DNA of 64,000 nucleotides, from positions 64,705 to 128,704 of the forward strand of contig CAMYVX010000001.1 in NCBI GenBank assembly GCA_947302535.1, in the 5' to 3' direction. Positions 49,199 to 58,924 of this stretch are shown here, in pieces. Made by a program: the position numbers and the translations under genes. Numbering within the stretch: the stretch's first letter is position 1; each line of letters starts with the position of its first letter. The notes below the pieces were generated by a model that saw only the letters and a program-made list of their open reading frames with translations, did not search any database and was not told the DNA's origin. This DNA is from an uncultured Bacillales bacterium (lineage in GTDB: Bacteria; Bacillota_I; Bacilli_A; RFN20; CAG-826).

Positions 49199-52100
49199 AT
49201 GAAAAAAAGAAACCTTTTATTGACCGCGATTTCACTCACGATGCTTTTGTCGTTGGTGAGTAGACATTCGTTGATCAAAGATTCTAGTGACTATCTCGAA
49301 CCCGATAATGTCACTTATGATGATCCTTTATTTGTGGATTTTAATAATCCCGTCATGGTTCAACGTAATGCTTCAGTGAAAGCATCAAGTCTTACCATCC
49401 ATTATCATAATGATGATGGGGAATGCGCTAGCCGTGAATTGTGGATTTGGTGTTCTTTAGCAGAAGGACAAGCTCATACTCCAACTGTTTCCGCAGATGG
49501 AAAAGATATGACTGTGTCTTTTGACTTCACTGGAGATTTTGCTATCTTTGCTAAAGCCCCTGATTTTTCATTCATTGTGAAGAAAGTCGGCACTTGGGAT
49601 GGGCAAAGTGAAAACGTTGAAGTTAATTATGAAGATTATCCACCGAATGAACAAGGTAAAGCTGAAATATGGGCTATCCCTGGTGAAGGTAGTGCGGTTG
49701 AAATTTATAAGACCGAAGAAGAAACCAAGATGGATAGATTTATGTCCGCGACATTTACCGATTGGAAACATATCGAAATTATCGCGACTGATGTCCCTCA
49801 AACTTATAAACTTTATGCTTTAACTTCTAACTATATGAAGATTTCTGCAATTGCGGCGAATGCAGATAAACTTTTAGAGCAACAATTAATCGCTTCTGGA
49901 AGTTCTCCATCTTGCACAAATGTCGTTTATAACGACCTTCCCGCTAAAAAGTTTACTATTTCGCTTAACTATACAATTAAGCCCAATGTCCAATATTATC
50001 TAACAGGTATATTCACAGAATATGCTTCTTTCACAAAGACTAAATATGTTAGTTCACATCAACTTTATGAAACTCCTCGTTTCAGACAATACTACACCTA
50101 TAAAGGCAATGATTTAGGAGCAACTTATGAAGGCGCGAATAGCACAACCTTTAGAGTGTGGGCTCCTACCGCTGCTCGTATTAGATTACTTATTTATCCA
50201 AACGGCACACCTGAAGGTTTAACAGATGAAGAAAAGGGTGTTATTGGCGATGATACTGCTTATGGCTATGACATGGCTTATAGACCAGGTGGCATTTGGC
50301 AAGTCACTGTTACTAATAGAGACTTAGACGGTATGTATTATAACTACTATGTAGTTAACTCTTTAGGTAAGATTACCGCGACTGACCCATACGCTCATGC
50401 ATGCGGTGTTAATGGTGACCGTGGCATGATTCTTGACTTTGATAGAACTGATCCAGAAGGTTGGGCGGAAATTTCTCAACCTTGGGACCATGGCTATGAT
50501 GATATTGAAGCTCCGAATGATTTATCTATTTACGAAACTCATATTAGAGATTTAACAATGGATGAAACTTGGACCGGTACAAAACAAAGAGGTACTTATC
50601 CAGCATTTATTGAAAAAGGTACCACCTATACTGGTAAATATAATGGTAATGACGTTACCGTTAAGACTGGTTTTGACCACATTGAAGAAATGGGTGTTAA
50701 AGCCGTTCAACTTGAACCCGTATTTGATTCTGACAACTCTGAAGAACCAGACAAACGTGTTTATAACTGGGGCTATAATCCAAAGAACTATAACTGTATC
50801 GATGGTGCTTATTCCACTAACCCATACGATGGTGAAGTTCGTGTTAGAGAATTTAAAGAAATGGTTTTAGCTTTTGCTAAAAATAAGAACAAGACTAGAA
50901 CCATCATGGACGTTGTTTATAATCACGTCGCAAGCGCGCCAGGTAGCTGCTTTAATAAATTAATGCCTAAGTATTACTTCCGTTATTGGGAAGATGGAAC
51001 CTATTCTGATGGTTCTGGCTGTGGTAACGAAGTGAAGACTGAAGCTCCAATGATGTCCAAATATATCGTTGACTCACTTTGCTGGTGGGCAAAAGAATTT
51101 AACATCAAAGGCTTTAGATTTGACCTAATGGGTTTAATTGACTGGCAAACCTTAAAGAAAGCCGCTCAAGAATTATATAAAATCGATCCAGATATCTATC
51201 TCTACGGAGAAGGCTGGACTGGTAGTTTCATTCAAAGCGAAGCTAATATTGATAACAAGACTCCTGATAGACCATATTATGGTAACTGGGGAGCCAAGAC
51301 TAATGATGTCTATTCTCAATTATGGAAAGATGGCGATATGTGTTACGTTGGTGCCTTCAATGATAAAGGCCGTAACGAACTTAAAGGTGGAAATGATATT
51401 CCTGCTGGTGGATGGAGTTCACCTTATGGATTCATTTCTCAAGGTAAGGGCGATGTTGGCGATAAGTCTAGTGTCGTCGCGGATATGATGATTGGCTACC
51501 ATACTGGTAGTGGTGGAAATCCAAATCAATGTATCAACTACGGTTCCTGCCATGATAACTTCACACTATTCGATCAATTAACATATACAGTGTGCGCGGA
51601 TGGTACAAACGATTATCCGGGTAGTGCATGCGCTGCTTCTACCGCGGTCAACTGCGCGATTATGTTCTCTAATGGCGTAGCCTTTATGCAAGGCGGCGAA
51701 GAATTGTTTAGAAGCAAAGTCGTCTCTGATGAAGAATATGCGAAATACGGCGATACTGGTAATGTCATTATTGCTGGTAAACGTGTTTCTCATAACTCTT
51801 ATCGTTCATTTGATAGCACTAACTCATATAAGTGGGACCGTAAGATTTCTGTTACTGAAAACGGAAGCACTGTTTATGTCTTAGATTATGTAAAAGAGCT
51901 ACAAAAAGCCATTGAATTACGTAAAAATACTCCAAAACGTGACTATGGTTACTTACAAGAACATAACCCATACGACAGTGGTTCTGACTTAAATGTTTGG
52001 GGCCAAGGTAGTGGCAATACAACTTTAGGTATGAAGAACGGCGAATACTTCTTCTTCATTGCTGGATTTGATGCCGACCCAATTTCATTTGGTGCTTATT

Positions 52101-52225
52101 TCGATAGCGGATTCAATGTCCTAAAATTCTGTTCTAATCCTAAGAGTGGTGGCTTCACTCCAGATAGTGGAAGTAAGACACTTCAATTAGGCTGGTATAC
52201 CTGTGTATGCTTATCCAACAAATAA
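49199..52225 (+). CDS. pulA: type I pullulanase / debranching enzyme (GH13), with a secretion signal
   Basis: WGYNPKNYNCIDGAYSTNPYDGEVRVREFKEMV. GH13 region II GFRFDLMG. Region III YGEGW. Region IV GSCHDN. N-terminal signal/anchor without a lipobox Cys. Confidence 0.9.
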   Translation: MKKRNLLLTAISLTMLLSLVSRHSLIKDSSDYLEPDNVTYDDPLFVDFNNPVMVQRNASVKASSLTIHYHNDDGECASRELWIWCSLAEGQAHTPTVSADGKDMTVSFDFTGDFAIFAKAPDFSFIVKKVGTWDGQSENVEVNYEDYPPNEQGKAEIWAIPGEGSAVEIYKTEEETKMDRFMSATFTDWKHIEIIATDVPQTYKLYALTSNYMKISAIAANADKLLEQQLIASGSSPSCTNVVYNDLPAKKFTISLNYTIKPNVQYYLTGIFTEYASFTKTKYVSSHQLYETPRFRQYYTYKGNDLGATYEGANSTTFRVWAPTAARIRLLIYPNGTPEGLTDEEKGVIGDDTAYGYDMAYRPGGIWQVTVTNRDLDGMYYNYYVVNSLGKITATDPYAHACGVNGDRGMILDFDRTDPEGWAEISQPWDHGYDDIEAPNDLSIYETHIRDLTMDETWTGTKQRGTYPAFIEKGTTYTGKYNGNDVTVKTGFDHIEEMGVKAVQLEPVFDSDNSEEPDKRVYNWGYNPKNYNCIDGAYSTNPYDGEVRVREFKEMVLAFAKNKNKTRTIMDVVYNHVASAPGSCFNKLMPKYYFRYWEDGTYSDGSGCGNEVKTEAPMMSKYIVDSLCWWAKEFNIKGFRFDLMGLIDWQTLKKAAQELYKIDPDIYLYGEGWTGSFIQSEANIDNKTPDRPYYGNWGAKTNDVYSQLWKDGDMCYVGAFNDKGRNELKGGNDIPAGGWSSPYGFISQGKGDVGDKSSVVADMMIGYHTGSGGNPNQCINYGSCHDNFTLFDQLTYTVCADGTNDYPGSACAASTAVNCAIMFSNGVAFMQGGEELFRSKVVSDEEYAKYGDTGNVIIAGKRVSHNSYRSFDSTNSYKWDRKISVTENGSTVYVLDYVKELQKAIELRKNTPKRDYGYLQEHNPYDSGSDLNVWGQGSGNTTLGMKNGEYFFFIAGFDADPISFGAYFDSGFNVLKFCSNPKSGGFTPDSGSKTLQLGWYTCVCLSNK

Positions 52226-52233
52226 GGAGGTAA

Positions 52234-52644
52234 ATGAAAATGAAAAAAATTTTCTTAACAGCTTTATGCTCATTAGCTCTTATCGCTGCTTGTAATAGTA
52301 GTTCTAGCGGTGGCGGTGGTGGAGGAGATGATCCAACCCCAGGACCAGGACCAGAGCCCACTCCTACTCCAACTGGCTCCATTACAGTTAACTTCTATTT
52401 AGATTACAATCAACCTGATGCGAAGAATGTTTACTATTCTTATAAAGTAAATAACGGCGACAAATTAACTGAACCAGCTAGACCAAGCGAACCTATATTT
52501 GAAGAATTCCCCGTCTTTAAAGGATGGTCACATAAAGACATCATTGATAATGATGAAGATTTATGGAACTTCGCCACTGATACAGTTGACACCACTGATA
52601 CCGTGTTTTATATGTACGGTATTTGGGTTGCCCAAGGAGAATAA
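52234..52644 (+). CDS. small lipoprotein with a Gly/Pro-rich linker and a single Listeria-Bacteroides-repeat-like module
   Basis: Lipobox LIAACNSS. Linker GGGGGGDDPTPGPGPEPTPTPTG. C-terminal segment FKGWS...WNFATDTVDTTDTVFYMYGIW. AGGAGG Shine-Dalgarno upstream. Confidence 0.6.
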   Translation: MKMKKIFLTALCSLALIAACNSSSSGGGGGGDDPTPGPGPEPTPTPTGSITVNFYLDYNQPDAKNVYYSYKVNNGDKLTEPARPSEPIFEEFPVFKGWSHKDIIDNDEDLWNFATDTVDTTDTVFYMYGIWVAQGE

Positions 52645-52647
52645 TAT

Positions 52648-55401
52648 ATGAAGAAAAAATTCTTTCTCGCTATTCCTTTATTAGCGACTTTACTAATTAG
52701 CTGTGGTGGTTCTAGTGGAGGAGATGAACCTTCTCCTGAACCAGAGCCAACTCCTGAACCAGAACCAGAACCACAACCAGAACCTAGTAAGAAATTATTA
52801 GAAAACGATTCTGGTTTACCAACTGAGATTACTTATTTAGATGAACCATCAATCATGATTCACTATCAGAGATATGTGACTGGGGATGCTAAACTCGATT
52901 CCTATACTTACTGGGACTTATGGCTCTGGGGCGAAGGAAAAGATGGAGCGGTTTATCCATTTAACTATTCTGATGATTATGGTGTAATTGCTTATTATCC
53001 TGTCAGCGAACTTTATAATTCCAGGACTATCGGTTTCATCGTCAAACAAACATTTGAACACGCTGGTGATGGTAACTGGCAAAAAGATTATGGCCAAGAT
53101 AGATTTATGGATTTAGAACTCTTGACTCCAAATGATAAGGGTATTTATGAAATTTATCTTGCTAGTAAAAATAAGAACGTTTATACCGATTCTGAACACA
53201 AAAGCATTGCAAATTCCGTCTCAAAAACTGAATTTACATCACCAAAGATGATTGAAGTTGAGGCGAATAATCCTCTAGATGAATTAAAACTTTATCTTAA
53301 TGGAAGTCTATCTGAAGACTATACTCTTAATCTTTCTACAGATAAGAAATTAGCTAAATTCTCTTTAGAAGAAAACGCGCAAGTTTTTGATGCTTATCGT
53401 GTCTATATCAAATTTGCGGATGGTGTGAGTTGTGAAAGAGGTATCTCTATTAGAAAACTCTACACTAAGACTTTTGAAGAAGCTTATTACTATGATGGCG
53501 AATTAGGTGCGATTTATAGTAATGAAGAAACTACATTTAAAGTCTGGTCACCAGTTTCTCAAAGTATTGATTTATATATTTATAAAACTGGTACACCAGC
53601 CTCTATTAGTGGTGATTCGGAAGATGATATGCATGATACATATCACATGGTGAAAGGCGATAAAGGTGTCTTCTCTTATACTTTAGAAGGTAATTGGGAA
53701 GGTGCTTATTATACCTACTTTGTTACTAACGCCTTTAATCCTAATGGCAAAGAAGTTGTTGACCCATACGCAAAGAGTGCGGGTATCTCTGGGCTTAGAG
53801 GTATGGTTGTTGATTTCTCTAAGACCAATCCTTTAGGATGGGAAGATGTTGACTATTTACATTATGACCGTAAAGAATTAACAGTTTATGAAACACATAT
53901 TGCGGAACTTACTTGCTCTGATACTTGGGGTGGTAATTCTGAATATGCGAAGAAATTCCCTGGCTTCTATCAAAGAGGCACAACTTATGAAGAAGATAAT
54001 AAACCTGTTAAGACTGGTTTTGATCATATTAGAGAATTAGGCGTTAACGCTGTTCAAATTATTCCTATCTTTGATCAAGCTAATGACGAAACCAATATGT
54101 CATTTAACTGGGGATACAATCCTCTTAACTATAACGTCGTGGAAGGTGGCTACTCCACTAATCCATATGATGGTTATCAAAGAATTAGAGAATTCAAAGA
54201 ATTAGTCCAAGCTTATAATGGCGTTGGTATCACCATTATTATGGACGTTGTTTATAACCACGTTAATGGCTTGAATGGCTCTAACTTTGATGTTTTAATG
54301 CCTTATTACTATTTCCGTTACAATGACGGTAATGGTTCTGCTTCTAACGGTAGTGGTTGTGGAAACGAAACTGCTTCTGACCACTTAATGTTTAGAAAAT
54401 TCATGATTGATTCCACTTGTTTCTGGACAAAAGAATATAAATTAGGTGGATTCCGCTTTGATTTAATGGGTTTACATGATTTAAAAACCATGGAACTATT
54501 AACCGCGGCGAACTTAGAAATCAATCCTTATGATGTAATATATGGTGAACCTTGGGCGGGTGGTACTGGAGCTTTAGATCCTTCTTTAGCTGCGCTTCAA
54601 GTGAACGCTGAAAAATATGTTGGCTATGGACAATTCAACGATATCTTTAGAGATGCGATGATTATGTCTGGTATGAAAGAACTTGGTAACAAGGGTTGGG
54701 TCGATCAAACTGCATATGCGGTTGAAGCTCCAAAGATTGTTAACGGTTTAAAAGGTATTACTTTTGGGGAAGTGGGACCAGATAAGACTGTTACTTATGC
54801 TTCTTGTCACGATAACTACACCCTCCATGACCGTATCATGGTGGCCGGTATCGAAGGCGAAGCGACAATTAAACAAATGTCTATGTTAGCTAACTCTTTA
54901 GTCTTTACTTCTCAAGGTACAGGCTTTATGCTCGCTGGTGAAGAATTCAATAGAACCAAGATTGTCTACGACACAAATGGCAATCCAGTTGAAGCCGTTG
55001 ATGAAGATGGTAATCCATTAGGAAGATGGGAAGTTTCTGGTAACTCCTATAGTTCCTCTTATAAGACTAACGAATTAGATTATTCTCTTAAGATTAAGAA
55101 CGCTGATATGTTTGGAAACTATAAAGAATTAGTAGCTCTTAAGAGATACGCTGAAGGTTTGCATACCAGCGCTCCTAACAAAGTGACTTTAGAAGAAACT
55201 AGTGTTAAAAACACTATTGTTAAGGTTGAGTTCAAGTGCATGGGCTATGATATGGTGGCTTACCATACTTCTCCTGCTAATAGTGGAGATTATGTTGTTG
55301 ACACTACTGGATATGACCTTTATTTAGATACTTTAGGTTATGCTTTAGAAGATCAAATGACACTTCATCCATGCGAAACTTTAATCTTATTTAAAAAGTA
55401 G
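52648..55401 (+). CDS. pulA: type I pullulanase lipoprotein (GH13), paralog of 49199..52225
   Basis: Lipobox LLISCGGSSGG plus a PEPEP linker. WGYNPLNYNVVEGGYSTNPYDGYQRIREFKELV. GFRFDLMG. YGEPW. ASCHDN. Confidence 0.9.
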   Translation: MKKKFFLAIPLLATLLISCGGSSGGDEPSPEPEPTPEPEPEPQPEPSKKLLENDSGLPTEITYLDEPSIMIHYQRYVTGDAKLDSYTYWDLWLWGEGKDGAVYPFNYSDDYGVIAYYPVSELYNSRTIGFIVKQTFEHAGDGNWQKDYGQDRFMDLELLTPNDKGIYEIYLASKNKNVYTDSEHKSIANSVSKTEFTSPKMIEVEANNPLDELKLYLNGSLSEDYTLNLSTDKKLAKFSLEENAQVFDAYRVYIKFADGVSCERGISIRKLYTKTFEEAYYYDGELGAIYSNEETTFKVWSPVSQSIDLYIYKTGTPASISGDSEDDMHDTYHMVKGDKGVFSYTLEGNWEGAYYTYFVTNAFNPNGKEVVDPYAKSAGISGLRGMVVDFSKTNPLGWEDVDYLHYDRKELTVYETHIAELTCSDTWGGNSEYAKKFPGFYQRGTTYEEDNKPVKTGFDHIRELGVNAVQIIPIFDQANDETNMSFNWGYNPLNYNVVEGGYSTNPYDGYQRIREFKELVQAYNGVGITIIMDVVYNHVNGLNGSNFDVLMPYYYFRYNDGNGSASNGSGCGNETASDHLMFRKFMIDSTCFWTKEYKLGGFRFDLMGLHDLKTMELLTAANLEINPYDVIYGEPWAGGTGALDPSLAALQVNAEKYVGYGQFNDIFRDAMIMSGMKELGNKGWVDQTAYAVEAPKIVNGLKGITFGEVGPDKTVTYASCHDNYTLHDRIMVAGIEGEATIKQMSMLANSLVFTSQGTGFMLAGEEFNRTKIVYDTNGNPVEAVDEDGNPLGRWEVSGNSYSSSYKTNELDYSLKIKNADMFGNYKELVALKRYAEGLHTSAPNKVTLEETSVKNTIVKVEFKCMGYDMVAYHTSPANSGDYVVDTTGYDLYLDTLGYALEDQMTLHPCETLILFKK

Positions 55402-55421
55402 CGTACATACATACACATATA

Positions 55422-55446
55422 GAGTCAGGGAAACCTGACTTTTTAT
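55422..55446 (+). terminator. rho-independent terminator
   Basis: AGTCAGG-GAAA-CCTGACT hairpin followed by TTTTTATG. Confidence 0.6.
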
Positions 55447-55596
55447 GTTGTAATCTATTAATTTTCTACTTTATGAGTGACTTAAAAAGTCGCCCTTTTA
55501 TCTATGATAAATTAAAGTGATACAAAATAAGTTATTTGACAAAAGGCAATAATATTTTTATTATGTATTTGATAATTTTTTTAGGAGGAAATTTTA

Positions 55597-56274
55597 ATGA
55601 AAAAATTATTTACTGCTGCTTTAGGCACACTTATGATTTTTGGTCTCGCAGCTTGCGGTGGTTCTAAGAAAGATCCAGAACCAACACCAGAACCAGAAAA
55701 ATACGATACCACAAAACGCGCTGTACCAGAAGGTTATTCAGTGTTTGCTCAAGGTGGCGCTCTTGGTTGGGATCTCGGTATTGAAGGTACTGAAATGGCC
55801 GCAGCCTCTATCAAAGACGTTTCTGGTTTAAGCACCGACGTTGCTGATGCATTACAAGCTAAGTTTGACAAAGCTAGCGATGAAGAAAAGAAAGGTTTCT
55901 ATCTCTATACCTTAGAAGTTAAATTAGAAGGTGAAGCTGGCTGGACAACAAACGTCATGAAAGATGGCGAAGTCGTTGCTGTTGATGGTGCCAACACCAT
56001 TAAAGGCCGTATGGGTCACTATGATGCAGAAGACGAAGCTTGGATTTCCGATGCTTGGTTCCCAGATCCACACCTCTTCCACGCTGAATCTTTAACTCCA
56101 TCATCCTTATTCATTGCTGAAAACTGGGCTGAAGAAGCTGATGAACATGGCTTTGACTGGACAAGTAACCCAGCCGCTTATGAACAAGGCACCTACAAAT
56201 TTGTTTTAGCTCTTTATACCTGGGTTGCTCCATCTGCTACAGCTTGCAACATTGGCATGGCTTTAATTAAATAA
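55597..56274 (+). CDS. hypothetical lipoprotein (225 aa), Ala/Gly/Glu-rich
   Basis: Lipobox GLAACGGSKKDPEPTPEPE. AGGAGG Shine-Dalgarno. No recognisable catalytic motif. Located within the starch-utilisation locus. Confidence 0.6.
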   Translation: MKKLFTAALGTLMIFGLAACGGSKKDPEPTPEPEKYDTTKRAVPEGYSVFAQGGALGWDLGIEGTEMAAASIKDVSGLSTDVADALQAKFDKASDEEKKGFYLYTLEVKLEGEAGWTTNVMKDGEVVAVDGANTIKGRMGHYDAEDEAWISDAWFPDPHLFHAESLTPSSLFIAENWAEEADEHGFDWTSNPAAYEQGTYKFVLALYTWVAPSATACNIGMALIK

Positions 56275-56365
56275 GTTAATTATTTGTTAAAACTATAAAA
56301 ATGAGGGATAGATATTCTATTCCTCTTTTTTGTTGTGTTAAAATAAAAAGGCGAGGTCATAGCAT

Positions 56366-58384
56366 ATGAAAAAACCATTAATTCTTTCGATTTTATCTTT
56401 ATCTCTTCTTTTGGGTGCTTGTGGCGGCTCTAGTGGTGGAGGAGATGGACCATCTCCCGAACCAGGACCAACACCTACACCAGAACCAGTTCCTGAAGAC
56501 CCTGATTCTTATGTAGATAAATTACCTGATGCCACAAAGGACGGATTTATTCTCCACGCTTTTGGCTGGAAATTTAAACAAATTGAATCTCAACTACCTT
56601 ATATTGCGGAAGCTGGCTTTAAGAGTGTTCAAACTCTTCCAGTACAAACTCCAAAGAGTAATGGTTCCGCTTGGTGGGCATATTATCAACCATTAAGTTT
56701 TTCAATCGCGGAATCCACTCCTTTAGGAACTAAAGATGATTTAATTTCTTTATGCACTGAAGCTGAAAAATATAATATTTCCATTATTGTTGACGTTGTT
56801 TTTAACCATATGGCTAATATCGCGGATGGACAATACGAAGCAGATGGCACTCCTAAGGTTTATCCTGGAGTGGAAAGCTATGAACCTTATATTTATCAAC
56901 ATCGTAATGACGCTTCTAATCCTACCTTCCATCATAATAAGAATGCGACAGGTTCCGGAATGGAAACTCAATTCTATCAATATGGTGATTTACCAGATTT
57001 AAATACTGGTAACACTTATGTCCAAAATAGATGCTATGAATTCTTAAAAGAATGTATTGATGCTGGCGTTGATGGCTTTAGATTTGACGCGGCGAAACAT
57101 ATTGAAACTCCTGATGATCCAGATTATCCAAGTGATTTCTGGACTAATACTTTGGGCAAAGCTAAAGATTATTACAAAAAACAAACAAATAAAGAGTTAT
57201 ATGCCTATGCAGAAACATTAGGTAATCCACTTAAACGTAGTATTGAAGTTTATACGAAGATTATGAATGTTTTAGATGATGGCTATGGACCAAGTGTCGC
57301 TAACACTGTTGGTCAAAGAAGTGCAGAAAACACCATTAAATTAAATTATGGAAAGAGCACTGATGCCTCTAATATGGTGGGGTATGTGGAAAGCCATGAT
57401 ACATTTACAAGTGAAAAATCTCATCTTCCAGAAAAATGGGTTTCATTAAGCTGGGCAGTATTAGCCAGTAGAAAAGATTATAAATCTTTATACTTCGCTC
57501 GTACTGATGATGCATTTAATATTGGTCAAATTTATGACTATACATTTAAAAATGACACCGTCGGTGCGGTTAATAGATTCCATAACCGCTTTGTGAGTGC
57601 AGAAGAATATTTAAGTGCCTCTGGTTCTATCTTTGTGAACGAAAGAGTGGGTAATGACTCAAAAGGCGCGGTTGTTATCGACTTTAAACAAAGTAAAGAT
57701 ATTGAAGTTGACTTACCACATTTAGGCACCGCGGTTTATTATGACCAAATTACTGGCCAATCAGTAACTGTAAGAGATGGTAAAGCTTCATTCTCACCTC
57801 ATAGTAGTGGTATTGCAGTTTTAACTAAGACAAAGAATTTACCACTCCCCACGATTGAAGTGAGTGAAAGAGATACAGCCTTTGTAGACAACAAAGATAT
57901 TACTATTAAAACCACAAACGGCACTAAATCAACTTATCAAATAAATAACGGCGAAAAAGTCGAATTTAATAAAAAAGTGACAGTTTCACTAGATAAATCA
58001 ATGGCAATTGATAATCAAATTGATTTAACCGTGGAAGTCACTAATGGACAAATAACCGTTAAAGAAACATTCCATTACACAATCGTTAAACTTATTCCTG
58101 GCTACTTTAATGTCCTAGGAATTGATCCATCTGTATTCACTGATTTTGATGTCTATTTATGGTCCTGGACATCTACTTCTAGTTCCTATAACCAGAATTA
58201 TGGTATTCAAGACGGTATCCTCTTAACGGATGCATCTGGATTAGAAGGCTTCCTTGTCGTGGCGTTTGAAAAAGGACACGTTATTCCTAATCTTCATGAG
58301 TGGGATGATGCTTGTGTGAAGAAGAGTGTTGATATTAAAGGCTCTATCTTAGAACAAGGCTATATTGTTTTAGATACTTTCTAA
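56366..58384 (+). CDS. alpha-amylase lipoprotein (GH13)
   Basis: Lipobox LLGACGGSSGGGDGPSPEPGPTPTPEP. Region I DVVFNHMA. Region II GFRFDAAKHI. Region IV GYVESHD. Confidence 0.85.
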   Translation: MKKPLILSILSLSLLLGACGGSSGGGDGPSPEPGPTPTPEPVPEDPDSYVDKLPDATKDGFILHAFGWKFKQIESQLPYIAEAGFKSVQTLPVQTPKSNGSAWWAYYQPLSFSIAESTPLGTKDDLISLCTEAEKYNISIIVDVVFNHMANIADGQYEADGTPKVYPGVESYEPYIYQHRNDASNPTFHHNKNATGSGMETQFYQYGDLPDLNTGNTYVQNRCYEFLKECIDAGVDGFRFDAAKHIETPDDPDYPSDFWTNTLGKAKDYYKKQTNKELYAYAETLGNPLKRSIEVYTKIMNVLDDGYGPSVANTVGQRSAENTIKLNYGKSTDASNMVGYVESHDTFTSEKSHLPEKWVSLSWAVLASRKDYKSLYFARTDDAFNIGQIYDYTFKNDTVGAVNRFHNRFVSAEEYLSASGSIFVNERVGNDSKGAVVIDFKQSKDIEVDLPHLGTAVYYDQITGQSVTVRDGKASFSPHSSGIAVLTKTKNLPLPTIEVSERDTAFVDNKDITIKTTNGTKSTYQINNGEKVEFNKKVTVSLDKSMAIDNQIDLTVEVTNGQITVKETFHYTIVKLIPGYFNVLGIDPSVFTDFDVYLWSWTSTSSSYNQNYGIQDGILLTDASGLEGFLVVAFEKGHVIPNLHEWDDACVKKSVDIKGSILEQGYIVLDTF

Positions 58385-58385
58385 T

Positions 58386-58799
58386 ATGAACAAGAATAGA
58401 CTTAGAACTTACCCAATAAAATCTTTAACTATATTCTTGGCGATAACTTTTGTCGTCTCTTTAACGATGGTTATTATCTTTATTTTCCTTCATGATGAAC
58501 TTATGGTCATTAGAGTCTTAGTGTGGATTTTATGTGGCTTATTTACCGTTGCTTCATTCATTGTTTTAATACATCAGTTATTCTTCTATGTTGCGGTGGA
58601 TGAAGAGTATTTCTATCGTTATTATTTGTTTGGTTATGAGAAATATGCTTTAACAAAAATTAACAAAATCATCAACAATGAAGGCTTTTATGATGTTTAT
58701 GTGAAAGATCAACGTGTTGCAACTTTTGCTAGTGATACTAGAGAAAGTCAACAAATAATCATGTTCTTGGAACAACATAAAGTCAGTGTTGATTGGTAA
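58386..58799 (+). CDS. small membrane protein (two TM helices), hypothetical
   Basis: Hydrophobic segments IFLAITFVVSLTMVIIFIFL and VLVWILCGLFTVASFIVLI. Abuts the amylase gene. Confidence 0.4.
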   Translation: MNKNRLRTYPIKSLTIFLAITFVVSLTMVIIFIFLHDELMVIRVLVWILCGLFTVASFIVLIHQLFFYVAVDEEYFYRYYLFGYEKYALTKINKIINNEGFYDVYVKDQRVATFASDTRESQQIIMFLEQHKVSVDW

Positions 58800-58924
58800 T
58801 TATTCACGTATAGACAAGCAAATATTAATTAAATTATTTATTTTTATAAAAGAAACGATATACAATAGTAGATGAAGTTTACATTTGTATATAAAAACGT
58901 AATTTTAGGCTTAGGAGGTTTTTT

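Noticed and set aside
52155-52382. 75-aa minus-strand ORF rich in Gly/Pro/Val (MEPVGVGVGSGPGPG…PPPPPP)
   Set aside because: It is the antisense of the Gly/Pro linker at the start of lipoprotein 52234..52644 and of the end of the pullulanase gene. It is low-complexity and spurious.
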